Shown: piece after piece, positions 1 through 13,785 of the stretch
Position numbering within the stretch: the stretch's first letter is position 1
Layout: each line of letters starts with the position of its first letter
Assembly: GCF_000485595.1 (NCBI RefSeq)
Contig: NW_014577076.1
Span: forward strand, 1,338,088 to 1,402,087
Reading direction: 5' to 3'
Source of the DNA: Priapulus caudatus
Lineage: Eukaryota
Length of the DNA stretch: 64,000 bases
Position numbers and translations under genes: made by a program
The notes under the pieces: generated by a model
The model's input: only the letters and a program-made list of their open reading frames with translations
What the model was told of the DNA's origin: nothing
Database searches by the model: none

Positions 1-3000
1 TCTGTCTTGCAGATAGTTGTTGCTACAGCGCTACTACGTATGATGGGAGCTTCCATCTTTAATCTGAAGACAATTAAACGTACGCGCCATCTCGTGGCAA
101 CTTTCATAACGATCCCAACGAACATTCTTTTGAGAAGGTTCCTGATACCATCCCTGTGCATTCCACTGTTTCGGCGTGTATGTGAACACATTTGGGACTA
201 GCAGGGTTTACTAGAATCCCACCACTCCACCACAGAGTCACCGCAGTAGACGTTAGATGAGCGCTGTCGCTCTGCGGCACTTGTTAATTGACGCTTAAAT
301 GAAATATTTCGTGAAAAATATGCGCGCCACCTGGTGTGATAATTCGTATCGCATTAACTCTTTTGTGCTTAGCTTAGCTAGCTTATATATATATAGCTTA
401 GCTATGTGGTAATGGCACGTGAACGTCGAGCTATTTTGCTACGTTACATGTGGTTTCTGTAGAAGGAATGCTAGCGCATTTGCACTCGTAAGTTTAATAG
501 TCTTGGCAGAGCTTGTGCAGAATCGATATGTGTAGGGTTGGGGAGGTCGTTCAGCTGCATTCTGTGTGAGTAACACTATATGGAATGTATCGACATATGG
601 TTGTATAGAAGCCAGTCTGCAGATATGTCTATTAATATATTCCTTACGCAGGCAATATAATTCGTAATGAGTGTCAGCTATTCCCGCTATAGTGCAGACT
701 TTATATCAGAGATGCTGGTGCATAATTCGTGTGAAGGATATTAGCATTCGTTCATAGCGGGTGCTAGGGCTTCTTAGCATGCTTATGGGAATTTTTACAC
801 GTAACTGATTAGGAGGGAGAACTAATGCTATCGAGAGATCGATGGAAATGAATGCTATTATTTGATGAGATACCTTGGATTCAGACTGTGGCCAGTAACA
901 ATGCTACGTGAGGTAATAGCATTCAGGTGGTAATTAAAATTGATTCGCAAGATTTTTCGCGCTATTTGATCGCTTGTCTGATTTAGTTGCTATTTCAGCT
1001 TATTTATCTTTATGTAACAACTGCTATCAACTCCTGGTTCGCCCACACACGTGCGCTATTTCTCTGGCTTTCATATATTTATAGGTAGGGTTACGGTAGT
1101 GTATGGTAGTTAAGTAGTTAGGTAGGGTATGGACTTACACATTGCTCTGTTTTTGTCGACAGTGCCTTACGTAGTTTAGTACTGCCGTCACCGTTGATTA
1201 TGACCCTAAACGGATCACTACTGATGTTTGGCTGCATATATTACGTACTACGTATGTTAAATATTATTTTTTACGTTCGTTCTCTACTAGTTTACCGTAT
1301 GAAATCAGACTGACTTCATAATGGTTTGAGAATCCCATGTGGGTTCACAGGGACGTTCGGAGTCAGTCTGTAGCGTAAATGCCATTTATGGCAAATTTTT
1401 CCAGTAGAATGTTTAGTGTTTTCCATGCTGAGAGGTGTGGATATTCTTGAGAGAGAAAAGTACATGAATACGCACGCGAAGTCGTGTCTGGTTTCACTGA
1501 TTAGCCGCTCCCATTAGAATGTAAAAAAAAACCAGCTGCCCTCAGCGCTGCAGTGCTGCCACCTAAATTCAACAAACCACTCAGAGCAGCATGCATTTAA
1601 TACAACGGATATGTTACTCTCGCTCTATGTTTCCTACTCTCGTAAAATCTACAAATGAAATTAAATCTACAAGACGCTGTTTTGTCTGTTACGTAATGGG
1701 TTTTCCGTGGTTGTATACGAGTGTATATCGTACACTCTTATATCGTATATCGTATTTATTGATGTTTTTCTTTGTCTTCATCGCATTGGCCTGCATCGTT
1801 ACCTCTCGAACCGGTCTCATTGCGGGTGTTTGCTTTCCCACTATGCATGGACTCATTCGCGCTTACTCACTCACTCGCTCGCCTTCTCTCGTCAAACGCA
1901 ATTAATGCAGCCACGACAGGAAATCTGGAAAGCGTGTTGTTAATGGCCAGGTGAATCAGAGGCCATTTACGGGCGACGGCGGGGGTGGGAAGGCTCTGTT
2001 TCCCAGCGCGACAGCACGACGAATGTCGAATGTTATGTTACATTAATGGACTCCGCGCAGCCACCAACGAGCATCCGCGTCGGCTCCGTCTCCCACCTCC
2101 CCCGGGGAGGTCGGCAGCCTGTCTGTCACCGGGGCACGGCAGGTGTGCATTGCCGTGACGTATTGTCCTACGGCCCAGAAACTTCGGCGGTGGGTGGCGT
2201 GGGGGTGGGAGATGGCTGATGAGTAATAATTGGTGGGCCACGGCAGGTTGACGGCGCTGTTACGACGATGGCAACAAATGACGGGCGAATGTCCCCCTGT
2301 CGTGTCGTGTCGTGTCGGGGGGGGGGAGGCAATTACCGAATATCGATCTCATGGGGAGAGAGCGTTCATTTAAGGTCACTGATGATGACGTTTGTCTGTG
2401 TTTACTGTTGCATGGGTTCCGGGGGGTGGTACGCGTGGTAGAGGGAAAGCATTAGCAGGCCCTAGCAGAATCTGTTATTCACATTTACAGAGAAAACCAC
2501 AAATGGAAACGGTGGCATGACTAAAGTGTCACTTGTCGGCGTATTATAAGGAGATGTTGAACGCTTTTGTTTACATGTGCAGTTACGCTCAATTCAGTAA
2601 ATAGAGCTTGCCACCGTATGCACATATCATATCAGCGTCATGCGCACGCTTATAACACGTGTCGACTTGTCGTGGCAATTCATGTCTGGTTGTCAACATC
2701 AAACGCTGTACATGTATTCTAGCGGATGAGATTTTAACAGACTCTTAACTCGTTTAGCACTTGCAGATGCAAATGAATCTTTCTAGCCTTAATGCATTTG
2801 TTGTGCTTGTCAATCACTCTCGTTTCCTCCCCATAATCCACACCAATCTTGTTATTACACTGCATATCTCTACCGTTACCCTATCCCGACCAGGCTGTGT
2901 CACTAACGTCAATACAACGTTCTAACCCTAGCAATATCGTTTCTTGGAGCTACCGTTACCCTATCCCATCCACTTGCCCTATATAGCTGTCACACAGTCC

Positions 3001-5040
3001 ATTGTCCATACTGTGTATCCACTGTGTATCTATCTCTATTTTCCACCGTGACCGTATTATTCTATCCAGTCGCTTCCCTCTGTTATTCCTCGCTATTTTA
3101 CTCTCTAGTTAGTGGACCCATCGGGATGCTGCCCTTCTCTCTCTCTAGATATATATATATATGGTGCGTTTCATCGCGTGGTGGTGATCGGTAGTGCACA
3201 TCCATCCATGGGCAGTGTGCAGCGATGACGTGTTACACACATATTCATCAATATTCGAACATTAGTAATGAGGCAATATCGTGACTAAGCTCGCATTGTC
3301 GGTGAATGTAGGACCAGCCAGGTAGCCGTTCAGTAACATATCTATTTACACTCGGCCGTAAATACTCTGAGCAGTAATTGTGATATTGATCGTCGATCCC
3401 CGGCCCGTACCTGCGTTCTTTCAGCAGTAGTTGCAGTAGTAGCAAGGCTTTGCTGTGCTATGCTTTTTTAGCGACAAAGCTCTTACCATATCTTATCTAC
3501 AATACCGTAAGCCGGCCGAATGCCTGCTAGGAATCTGCGACGATTTCGTGAGTAGCCTAAAGCCATTATTTCGAAATCATTGCTGCAAAACGCACAATCT
3601 GGGGAAAAATATAGCGAAATATAGTCTTACCTCATAGCGGATATATTACTGATTACGCCAACATGAAAAAACACTAATAATTTCTGCTTTTATGGCATAG
3701 AAAATTGGAATTGAACACGCGTCGTAACACCATGGCATATTTGATTATAGCGACTATTAATTTGCAAGCGCCTTAGTGCACCAACAAATTACAAGTGCAC
3801 CCATAGTGTACCTGATACAAAAAACGGCATCTGATTCTGTGAATCTGTGTAGTTTACTTCGTTTCTATTTTTAAATTGGCCGATATCTCGTGCTATCGCG
3901 GGATAATCCGAGATTCGCAAGAAATGGCGGCGGTAATCAAAACGAGTAATCAAAACTAGAATCGTGCATGTTTTGGTGAATATAGCCAAGTACGAAGGTT
4001 CTAAGACATGTTAGCATTACTCTAGAGTCTAGACAGTTGCTGTTACTCAAGCAATAACGATAAGTATATCGCATAAGTGGGGGAAAACTCGAGACTGGTT
4101 GGAAATTAGTTTCGATATACTGGCTTTAACCCTTTCATGATTGAATATGTCGTAAATAGATTATCTACATATTTATTGCTCTGGAGAAGATCATCTCATC
4201 ATCGCTAATTGCGCACGAGCAACACGTAGATTGTTCCGGTAGCTATTTAATCTATGATAATTATTCAAATCACATTAGGGCGCGCGCAAGCTTTCATTAT
4301 CGTTTTATTGATGCACTAGTTAGCACTCAATTTTAACTCTTTTATTGTCGCAACGTGACCAGTTTGACAACATTCAGCATTGCGACTGTCGGATCGGGAC
4401 CCCCTCCCCTGTTCTCCTTATTACTAGACTTGCTCCCTCCCCCCCCCAATCGCCCTCCTCCTCCTCCACTCCCCTCCTCTCTACCTACCTTCCTCCACCA
4501 TCGTCTTTCTCCTCCCCTACTTCGCCTCTTCCTCACGCACCCCATCGGATTCTCATCGTAGGGCGACGACGAGCACGAGACCGTGATGATGAAATATGTA
4601 ACGCGAAATTTCCCTCGTCAATTAGGCTGGTCAATGCAGGCGATTGTGCGACTAGCAAGGGCGGAGAATGAAGCGAGAATAGAGGAAGCAATAGGAGGAG
4701 AATAGCGGGGAGCCTTCGAGTGATCAGCATCACAATGCAAGAGGGCGTCTCGTTCGTAATTTATAGATCAGATGTACTCGTCATGTATTGTCCGCCGTTG
4801 AACGATTTCCACTGCGTGCGTTATTACCGACAGCCGTACATCTGTGTGGATATAGCGGCCAGCTAACGGCAGTCGCAGATCTAGAGACAGTAAGCGGCAA
4901 CGGCGATGGCGGTGTCGGCAGCAGCGGGGGTGGCGGCGGGAGGGGCGGTGACGCTGGCAGCAGCAGCGGTGACCGAGTATATAAAAATTGGCGCCGCAGA
5001 GACGCGGGTAAAAACGTCGATATATCGTCACAGCGGAATT

Positions 5041-5091
5041 ATGTGCCGCGTGCGATTGTCGCCTTTGTCGCGCGCGCGTCAGGAGCGTGTG
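5041..5091 (+). CDS. Candidate alternative first coding exon (MCRVRLSPLSRARQERV; in-frame upstream ATG at 4906)
   Basis: Donor GTG|gtaaga in phase 0, CpG-rich context, TATATAAAAA at 4978-4987. Confidence 0.35.
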
Positions 5092-6308
5092 GTAAGAATG
5101 AAGGAAAGGAAGCCTCATTTCGGTGAGGGAAGCTGTCGACTGCTGTTTGCGTGTGCGTGTTCGTGGCAGAGGCAGTGTGCTCGTGACGCGTGGCTCCGCG
5201 CACTAGCTGCTGCTGTGTGCTTCACGTGCGTATGACAGGTACTATGCGTCTGTGCGTATGGCTTCATATTTAATTGATAGAGCGGTTGGGTTTTATTACT
5301 ATCTCCTGCCTGGTCTGTGAATTTGGAGTATTTTGGGTATTTTTGGTCTCGGACCTGGTTTCGCTCGTGCAGCGTCGTCTCCTGTCCGCGGGGAAGGTGA
5401 TGGATGGCTATATCGATACAGCTGCGAGTGTTGCACTTTCTTGCATGCTTACAAACACGCACGAGCGCACACTTTCTATCCCCCCCTCTCTCTCCATCCC
5501 TCCCCGTCTCTCTCTCTCTCTCTCTCTCTCCGTTTGTTTCCCTCTTTTCCCTCTCGCGACGCGACTCCATATGTGTTAACTTACGAAGCCCTACACTGCG
5601 TTGATTGACAGCGGGCGTGCAAATGGACTGGCAACGTCTAAAAAGAAAAAAAGAAAGAGACTGTTGTGTGGGCCGCTTGTATACGAGGTGTACATCCTGT
5701 TTACGTACGTCTTCTGGAATCTCTCCCTCGAAGCGAAGACGGCTTGCATTGCCTCGCCGCACGCGGTCGGTCGGCGCGCACGTGTTTTGCAATCAAGTCG
5801 CGCCATCTTCGGGCCGCAGCGCGCCGTAGGTATGCTGCGCTCTTCTTCGCCAGTGATTCACGCGTCGATCCAGGAAGTATCCTGGGCGTCCCGGGGCTCG
5901 AGTCAGTCCCAGTGTGTGCGTCCGATGGCGTTGACTCGACCCGGGTCCTATCTCGTTTCTCCGAGTTCTTGGATATAGAGGAGTATGTGTCACGTCGTCT
6001 GGTTTGCCGACGCGCGCTCTCTCTCTCTCGCTCTCTCTATCTCTTCGGTTCTTCATCGTGAAAGTGCGAGTTTATACATAGTGGATGTAGTTATCTACTG
6101 GAATCGTGTGATCTGCGTTGTGTATCTCTGGTGTGCTGCTCGGCCGTTGTGTTGTGCTTGCCGCAGTCGTCGTGAATTGCCTATGAAGCTGCGACAGTCG
6201 ACGTCACGTGCGTGCGTGTGTGCGTGCGTGCGTGCGCTGATCGTTACTTACAGCCGCCTGAACGGCTGCGCGGAAAGAGGCAGAGAGAGGGGCAGAAAAA
6301 GAGAAAAA

Positions 6309-6510
<202 letters not shown>

Positions 6511-8429
6511 AAGGATGCGAATGAAGATGAAGTGAGGCGGAGAAATACATCAATATTTATATAGAGGGATGAGGAGACTGATAGCGAGAGATATAGTTCT
6601 AAACGGGGAACAGACATAAATGAGAAAGTGCGGGGAAGGAAGGAAGGAGAGCAAGAGTGATATAGCGGGGTGGGGAGACCGAGAGCGAGAGATATAGTCA
6701 AGTGTAGGTCTACATAGGAAGGATGAGCGTGGAGCGGAGAAATTCATCTGTTGTTAATAATACGATCGTAAATTTGGAAACGCGAGCGTGGAATGCGTCT
6801 GCTTTGCTGTGGAAAGTGATTTCTCTCTGGTGCCGACTCGATGAAAGTGATTTTGTTTGGCAGTGAATTCTGTATGCGATTAGTCTTCGTTGAAAATTCT
6901 TCTAGCGGTCAGTGATCACGCAGCACAGAATCTCTTATCACGTGAAGCCGGGTTATGTAAGCTATATATAGAGCTGCCGTAGAATCACCTCTACTCGCTA
7001 TATATGGACAGGCCATCTTGGTCAGAAAGTGCTATAAGTGAGTGGACTGACACTATAGCTGTCGGCAACAGGCGTTTTCCTCGAGTGCTAATGATTACAT
7101 CTATACTAACAAGAGCGTATAAAGAAGGTATATTCTTCTTTATACGCTCTTGATACTAAGCTTTGCTGCTGGTCGTTGGTGCACAGCCGCAGCTGTGCCG
7201 CACCTTGTCACGGGGCTGCTACTGTCGGCAAGTGGCGCGTGTGAACAAACAGTAGCCACTAGCCAGTGACACACGGCCGGTAGTGATAGTGTGCGTGTTA
7301 TGTAGGCGGGACGCGTGTGGTTCTGTGATCCGGGCAGCTGTCGAGTAGCCTCCAGCCCGTCATACACCGAGCTACGTGTGTATTTAGTATATACACTTCG
7401 GCATCATCGAGTGATCGAGCTTTCCGATGGCCGCCGGCCAAGCAGTGGTACACATCTCATGCGTTGGTTGATCAGCTCTGCCTATATGAGACGCCTGTGT
7501 GGCTCTAGGGCCGGGATATATAGAGACTTGGCAGCTGTTGCGATGGGATTTCAACGCTCCGTGTTGCAGGCCACCCGTGCCGATAGCGAGAGATGGTCTA
7601 GCCGGCATGTCAGACTTCCCCCACCAGCCATTCAGCCTCCGCTAGTTACCCGGCAGAGCTGTTTTTTATAAGATCTCTCATGGTTGGTAGAAAGCACAGC
7701 ACGGTTGAGTTGTCAGACAGTATAACATAGTCGATGTGGGGCAAACTTTAGTATTACCATCAATTATCCGCTCATACGTGGGCATACACTGTTTGTGTCG
7801 TTATATTGTCTCTAGACTGTTTGTCTCGGTGTTGTCTCTCAATTGTTTATCCGAATGAATAGCTAGGAGAGAGCCAGCTGTTGCTAAAACCCGACAGTGT
7901 GCAAGAGTCCCCCATCTAATTGATCAACAACCGCTAATGAACTTATTCTCATGACCAGCGGGCACATGAATCTCCGCGGCCTGCAGGGCTGCAGCTCACA
8001 CTGTCGATGCATGTATCACTTGCCTCCACCGACTCCGTTGTCTGCAGCGCTGCCGCTAGTTTTAGTCCACTCGCCCAACATTCTACCAAACTATGGTCAC
8101 GTCATAGCTAACGGAGTGCATCTGCGCTACTGTTGCTGCCTTTTCGGACGCGCACCTATATATCGCGTGCACATTCATTGTGAAGTGCTGAAGTGGTATC
8201 GTACGATCTATGGTTGCAGCGTGGCGGCTATATATATATTGACTCTGTCCAGCGCGCTTTGAATCACGCTCGTACCGATTCGTTTACGTTGGCGTCGCAT
8301 CGCCTCGCACCGCTGAACCGCGTCGCGTCCTCCTTTCTGCCTCTCGTATGTGCGAGGGCCGCGAGATCACGCCAGTGCTGGTCACGGCGCCTGCTGTGAA
8401 ATCATACGGTTGTTCAGTGAGGGCGATGT

Positions 8430-8720
8430 CTCTTCCTCTGTGCCGCTGCTCTCTGGCGATACACTCTCTGGTCACACGAAACTGTAGTCACTAGCGTCTC
8501 TATACGACTGCTTTCTGGTTGACTATACTCTGCTTGCACTCAACCACAGTCGCTTGCCTCTCTGTACCGCTGTTCCATGTTTGAAGACTGTTTGTACGCA
8601 ACCACAGTCTCTTGTCTCTCTGTACTGTTGTTCCTTGTTTGAGCACTCTGTTTATATGCAACCACAGTCTCTTTTCTCTCTGTGCCGTGTCTCTAGATCG
8701 CTAGGTGTACACTCTCTGGT
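8430..8720. repeat. Degenerate ~59-bp tandem repeat
   Basis: caaccacagtc recurs at 8541, 8599 and 8659 with similar intervening sequence. Confidence 0.7.
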
Positions 8721-10286
8721 TGAACGATTTCTTGTTGTACGCGAGCGCGGTATCTCCCCCCACCATGCCTCTCTATGGTTGTCTTGGTTGTATGCAAGCG
8801 CCATGGGTTCAATATTAAATACACCGTGTATGAGGCGCGCAGTGCGCGCGTGTGTGTCTAGATCATTAGTGGCTCGAACAGTCTTAAGCGACGCCGATTG
8901 AGATGAAACAGAAAAGGAAGGAATAATCTCGTTCCGCGCAGCAGGCTTGTCGACCAAGGCCACCCTTGTTTGTACGGAGATCGCCAGGGAGATGGGGAGA
9001 GCCTTGAGCGCGGATCGAGCTTGCTGCTACTGTCAGGCAGTGTTGCACGACTCTCGCGTCAAACAGTCGAGTTTCTTCTTGGATCGCTTGGCACTTCATG
9101 CGAAAATTGTCACCAAATATGCTTTGAGAATCTACGGAATATCTATGGCTTATCGCACGGCTGCGGAAAGGTTGCTTCCTTTTATATGTCTGCGTGTGAA
9201 TGAGAGAGATATGCAGCAAAAGAAAGAGATAAGGGGAAGAGAGCACGTGTGAGGGAACAAGCAAGCGAGAGCATGCGCGCGATAGGGGAGAGAAAGCGGG
9301 CGTGAGGCGGAGAGAGAGACCTAGACGGAGAGAGAGCGAGATCGAGCGAGAAAGAGAGTGTGTGAGAGATAGCTGGGGCGAGAGCTAGTCTAGAGCCTAT
9401 AAGCTATTTGTGCGGTGTAAAAGCGCCCCGTGGCCGCACCATCCGCGTGCTACCGACATTAACATGTGACATGCATGTGTCGTCGCCTTCCACTTATGAG
9501 GAATGCTGACTGATCTTGCACACATTGGCCATACTCGTTGCCGACAGGCTAAGCGTGTCATGTCTGTATGTGTTACGGCAGCAGCGGCAGCATCAGCGGC
9601 GGCTAGCAGCTAGCAGTATCGCACACAAGGCTTGGCCGCGCCGCACCGGCTGGCATGACATAACGTTCAGGTGGCGATCTTATATGGTGGTTCTTGGTCG
9701 CGAGTGGCGCGAGCAGCCTACCGGCCGACGGAGCATGTGTCAGCGCGGGCAGGCTTTCATGTGCCGTGCGTTAATGTACTGGGTGACCGTGGCCGTGTGT
9801 TTCTGGGCGTGCAGTGTCTGGGGCGAGACGGCGCGGCGTGTTGGTTTTGTGCTCGCGCCGTGGGAAGTGTGAAACCGTTCCTCGTCTCCACGTCTTCCGA
9901 CAAATTTGTGATCTAGCGAGCGGGTCGTGCTCAGACTCTCGGCGAGGATTTTAGGAGCGCAATTTCTCGCGCAATTTCTCGTGCAAATTACGCGCGCTGT
10001 GGCAGAATGCATGTGTAATTCACACGCGAGAAATTGATTTCAGATATCCGTTTTTCGGACGTGAGCGCGCGTGCACGCGCATTGCGAACGTAACATTAGA
10101 CGTGGGAATGAGACGCCGAGCGAGAAACGAGAGACTCTTGCCATCTATTGGCAACATCAATAAACCGAACATTTGCACCGTCGATTGCATCCGGTGGCCG
10201 CGAGTCCAGTAGCGGGTGACCGATCGTACAACTACCACTACGAGTGAACAACCGGCTGATGGTTTGACTGACGGCCGGTCGAAATA

Positions 10287-13200
10287 ATGGATCGAATCGC
10301 AATTCGAGGCCTTGATGAGTTTAAGGATGAGTTTGATGGCGGACATTCGCTGGCTGATGCGGCACTTGTCTGTGTCGCAGGTGCTGCGGTGGCGCTCAGC
10401 AATGGCATGTGCGGTCTGACCGACAGTGGATTGAATTCGTCCGCGAGCACATCGGACTCGGAAAATATGAGTGGTGGTGGCAGCATTGGGGTTGACGATG
10501 CGTCAGGTCGCCCTGGCGTGGAGGGGTGCGAGTTTGGCGCCACGACGGAGGCGCGTTCAGATGGCGGGGAATGCATAGAGCGAAGCGTTGGTAAAGCTGT
10601 GGTGGGCAACAACGTTCAGGATATAGAATGCAGTGATGTTTCACCGGCTGTCACTGCACGTAAACAGGAAGACGTTTGTCACCCAGACTGTGGTGATCTA
10701 ATAACTACTGTCCTATGCGAAAAGAGAGATGCTTGTGACCTAGACTGTGGTAACGTTGTACCTACTGTGCCATGCGTACATGAAGAGGTTTGTGACCTTG
10801 AGTGTGGTAACGTTGTAGCTACTGTCCCACATGAACAGGAAGACGTTCGTGACCTTGAGTGTGGTAACGTTGTAGCTACTGTCCCACATGAACAGGAAGG
10901 TGTTCGTGACCTTGAGTGTGGTAACGTTGTAGCTACTGTCTCACGTGAACAGGATGGCGTTCGTGACCTTGATTGTGGCAACGTTGTAGCTACTGTCCCA
11001 CGTGAACCGGAATGTGTTTGTGACTTTGAGTGTGGTAATGTTGTAGCTACTGTCCCACATGAACAGGAAGGTGTTTGTGACTTTGGGTGTGGTAACGTTG
11101 TAGCTACTATCCAACATGAACAGGATGGCGTTCGTGACCTTGAGTGTGGTAAAGTTGTAGCTACTATCTCACATGAACAGGAAGGTGTTCGTGACCTTGA
11201 GTGTGGTGACATTGCATGTAGTGTGCCATGCGAAGAGGAAAGAGTTCTTGACCCAGACAGTGTAAACGTTGGGTTTAACGTTCCACGTGAACAGGGTGGC
11301 GTTTGTAACCCCGACTGTGGTGACATGGTACCTACTGTCACATGCGAACAACAAGATGTTTGTGATTCAGAGTGTGGCTCTGTTGTCCCTACAGTACACA
11401 GCGCACAGGAAGAAGCTGCTCACCTAGCATTAGCTGTTTTACCTGTGAATCACCTTGAACAGGATGAAGTTTCTGAATTGGCAGATAGCGATATTGTAAA
11501 TACATGCCTACGTGAACAGGAAGGACAGCAGGACAAAGATTGTAACCATGCTGAAGCCAATCTAAAACAGGAAGATTACGATAATGAGGTCTCCAGCATC
11601 TCTGCTGACACTGGCCGAGCAGAATATTTTAAAATTCTACAAGATGTAGAGCAAATGATGACCAAGACGAATGTGTATAACCTGGATGAATCAGCCTTGA
11701 GCACACAAATTGGGTCAGTAGGTGCTTCTACGGCCACCTTCCATCTCGATGTACAAGTTGCCACAGCCAGTAGTGATGATCCTGACTATATTGAAGAGAG
11801 ACAGGTCCCCATTGACTGCGTAATTGACCGTGTGACAGGTGCCTGCAAGGATGCTGACCGCCACTGCTTACTGCCCAGTAATGGTGGTGGTAGCAATGAA
11901 GCAATGGACCGGGACGAGATTCTACACAGTGCCTGTCACCCGATCCAGATAGAGTGTGGCGTCACGACAGAGGCTGCCCATGTCAATGATGCTATCAAAC
12001 ACGTAGACACGGACTTCCATCGTGATGGTGCTGAAGGGAGGAGCGTACCGGTTTCTGTCACTGAAATGTACGTTGATGAAGATGAAAGGGTAGCAAGTGA
12101 AAGCCGATATGAAACACGTTGGCAGCCACTGTCAGTTGGTAGTACTGGCGAACAGAATGAGGTAACCTGTGAGAATGTGGTTGCCGGGGCGAGCGAGATT
12201 GCATCCACAGCACAGACACTCAGTACTGAGGTCGCTACTCTTAGTGAAGCTATAGCTATAGACAGCCTCAACGTGTCAAAGACGGAGATTGTGGGAAATG
12301 CCCAGCTGGGTGTAATCGGTGATATGGGACGTGGTACCAGTAACCCTGAAGCGCCCATAAGAAACCTAGCAGACAGCTACAATGATTACCGCGGTGACAG
12401 CATTGGTGCTGGTGATGGTGATCGGCTGGACTGTGACACAGATGTCAATGATAATGCCGCAGTTAAGGTCGCTTCAGAAGGTTACATGGTCGATAATCTT
12501 ACGCAAGATTGTCACATCGACAGAGGGAGTCAGCACAGTGCTGTTGAGTTACGAGCCGATGTCGTGTCAGTGAGTCCAGTAGAGATAGCTTACGCAGTCA
12601 AGAGGAAGCTAGAGGTGGTAGCAGTTGAAGGCAGGCATCCTTCTAGCCACGACGACGTTGGTGAAATGCCAGTTAATAGGGGACGTGCTTACAGGCAGCT
12701 AAGCTTTCGTCGGGAGACTGAGAAGTGCAGGGCATCTGATCACAGTGGTGATGTTGGCAAGAGTAGACGTGACATCACCGACCATGGCGAGCACGATGCA
12801 GCGTTAAGTCACTACCCGAGTGCAGATCGACAACAGGAGCTTGCATGCGCACACAAACACTTCATTCGTAACACCGACACTGATAATACCAGCGCTATAC
12901 CCATCGATCATGTGCAGCCCATCGGTCAAGCACTGGACATCGGAGCAAGCGCTGACCCAGTCATAAGTCAGATAAGGCCGATTTGGCAAGGGTCGGACAT
13001 CGGTCAGGCATATGGTGACCGCGTCATCACTCCGTCTTCGAATCCCGTCGGTCAAGCGCCGGACGTCGATGGAGCGCAGCGGGTCGGCGGTCAGCGATAC
13101 CTCACAGTGACCAACCTGAGAAGGCTGGACGCGGCACTCAGCCTGCCGACGTCTGACGCACCAGAGTCAGACTGCAGTCCCAATGAGACGTTCGCATCGG

Positions 13201-13460
13201 ACCTCGACGACTCAAACGACTCCGAGACGTTCTCCAGCGATGTCGCCCGAGACACGGACAGCCTCACCAGCGACGACGAAGAGGAGGTGGATGAGGCGGA
13301 TGATGAGTTGCACTCTGGTCGAATGATGCCAGCACGTTGCTGGAAGTCGCAGGACAGCGTCATTAGCACGGATAGCATTCGCATGATGCGAGCCATGTCG
13401 GCTGACACGGCGTCCGTGCGCTCCCTCGCTGATAGCAACACCGTCTACAGAGTTGTTATT
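10287..13460 (+). CDS. Giant (3174 nt, 1058 codon) probable first coding exon of an uncharacterised acidic, disordered protein
   Basis: 1073-aa ORF from ATG 10287 (ataATGG). Strong donor ATT|gtaagt at 13461, phase 0, 48 nt before the ORF end. D/E/S/V/C-rich composition. Confidence 0.88.
10620..11416 (+). repeat. Coding tandem repeat, 57-bp/19-aa unit (DLECGNVVATVPHEQEGVR), about 14 units
   Basis: 57-nt periodicity visible directly. Core units are homogeneous, flanking units degenerate, and frame is preserved. Confidence 0.95.
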
Positions 13461-13552
13461 GTAAGTATGCCTCGTCACAGGGCGGGGAGGGTAATCGTTA
13501 CTGGGTGAGGGAGATGCCATCACCCGGTGGAGGAGGAGGAGGAGGAGGCAGC

Positions 13553-13785
13553 TCGTCATGGTGTAGGGGGAGGGGTTCGTCATCGTGTAGGGGGAGGGGG
13601 TTAGCATCGTGTAGGGGGAGGGGGTTAGCATCGTGTAGGGGGAGGGGGTCGTCATCGTGTATGGAGAGGGGGTAGCATCGTTTAAGTGGAGGGGGTCGTC
13701 ACCGTGTAAGTGGAGTGGGTTAGCATCGTGTAGGGGGAGGGATCGTCATCGTGCAGGGGGAGGGGGTCGTCATCTTACAGGGGGA
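13553..13785 (+). repeat. G-rich 24-bp minisatellite (gcatcgtgtagggggagggggtta), about 9-10 units
   Basis: Direct periodicity with paired G5 runs in most units. Confidence 0.9.

Noticed and set aside
34..207. Minus-strand peptide PNVFTYTPKQWNAQGWYQEP...
   Set aside because: Short, bounded by stops, with no start or convincing acceptor; cannot be supported without a search.
10679..13655. Minus-strand ORFs opposite the giant exon
   Set aside because: Antisense shadows of a repetitive coding sequence and of the G-rich minisatellite.
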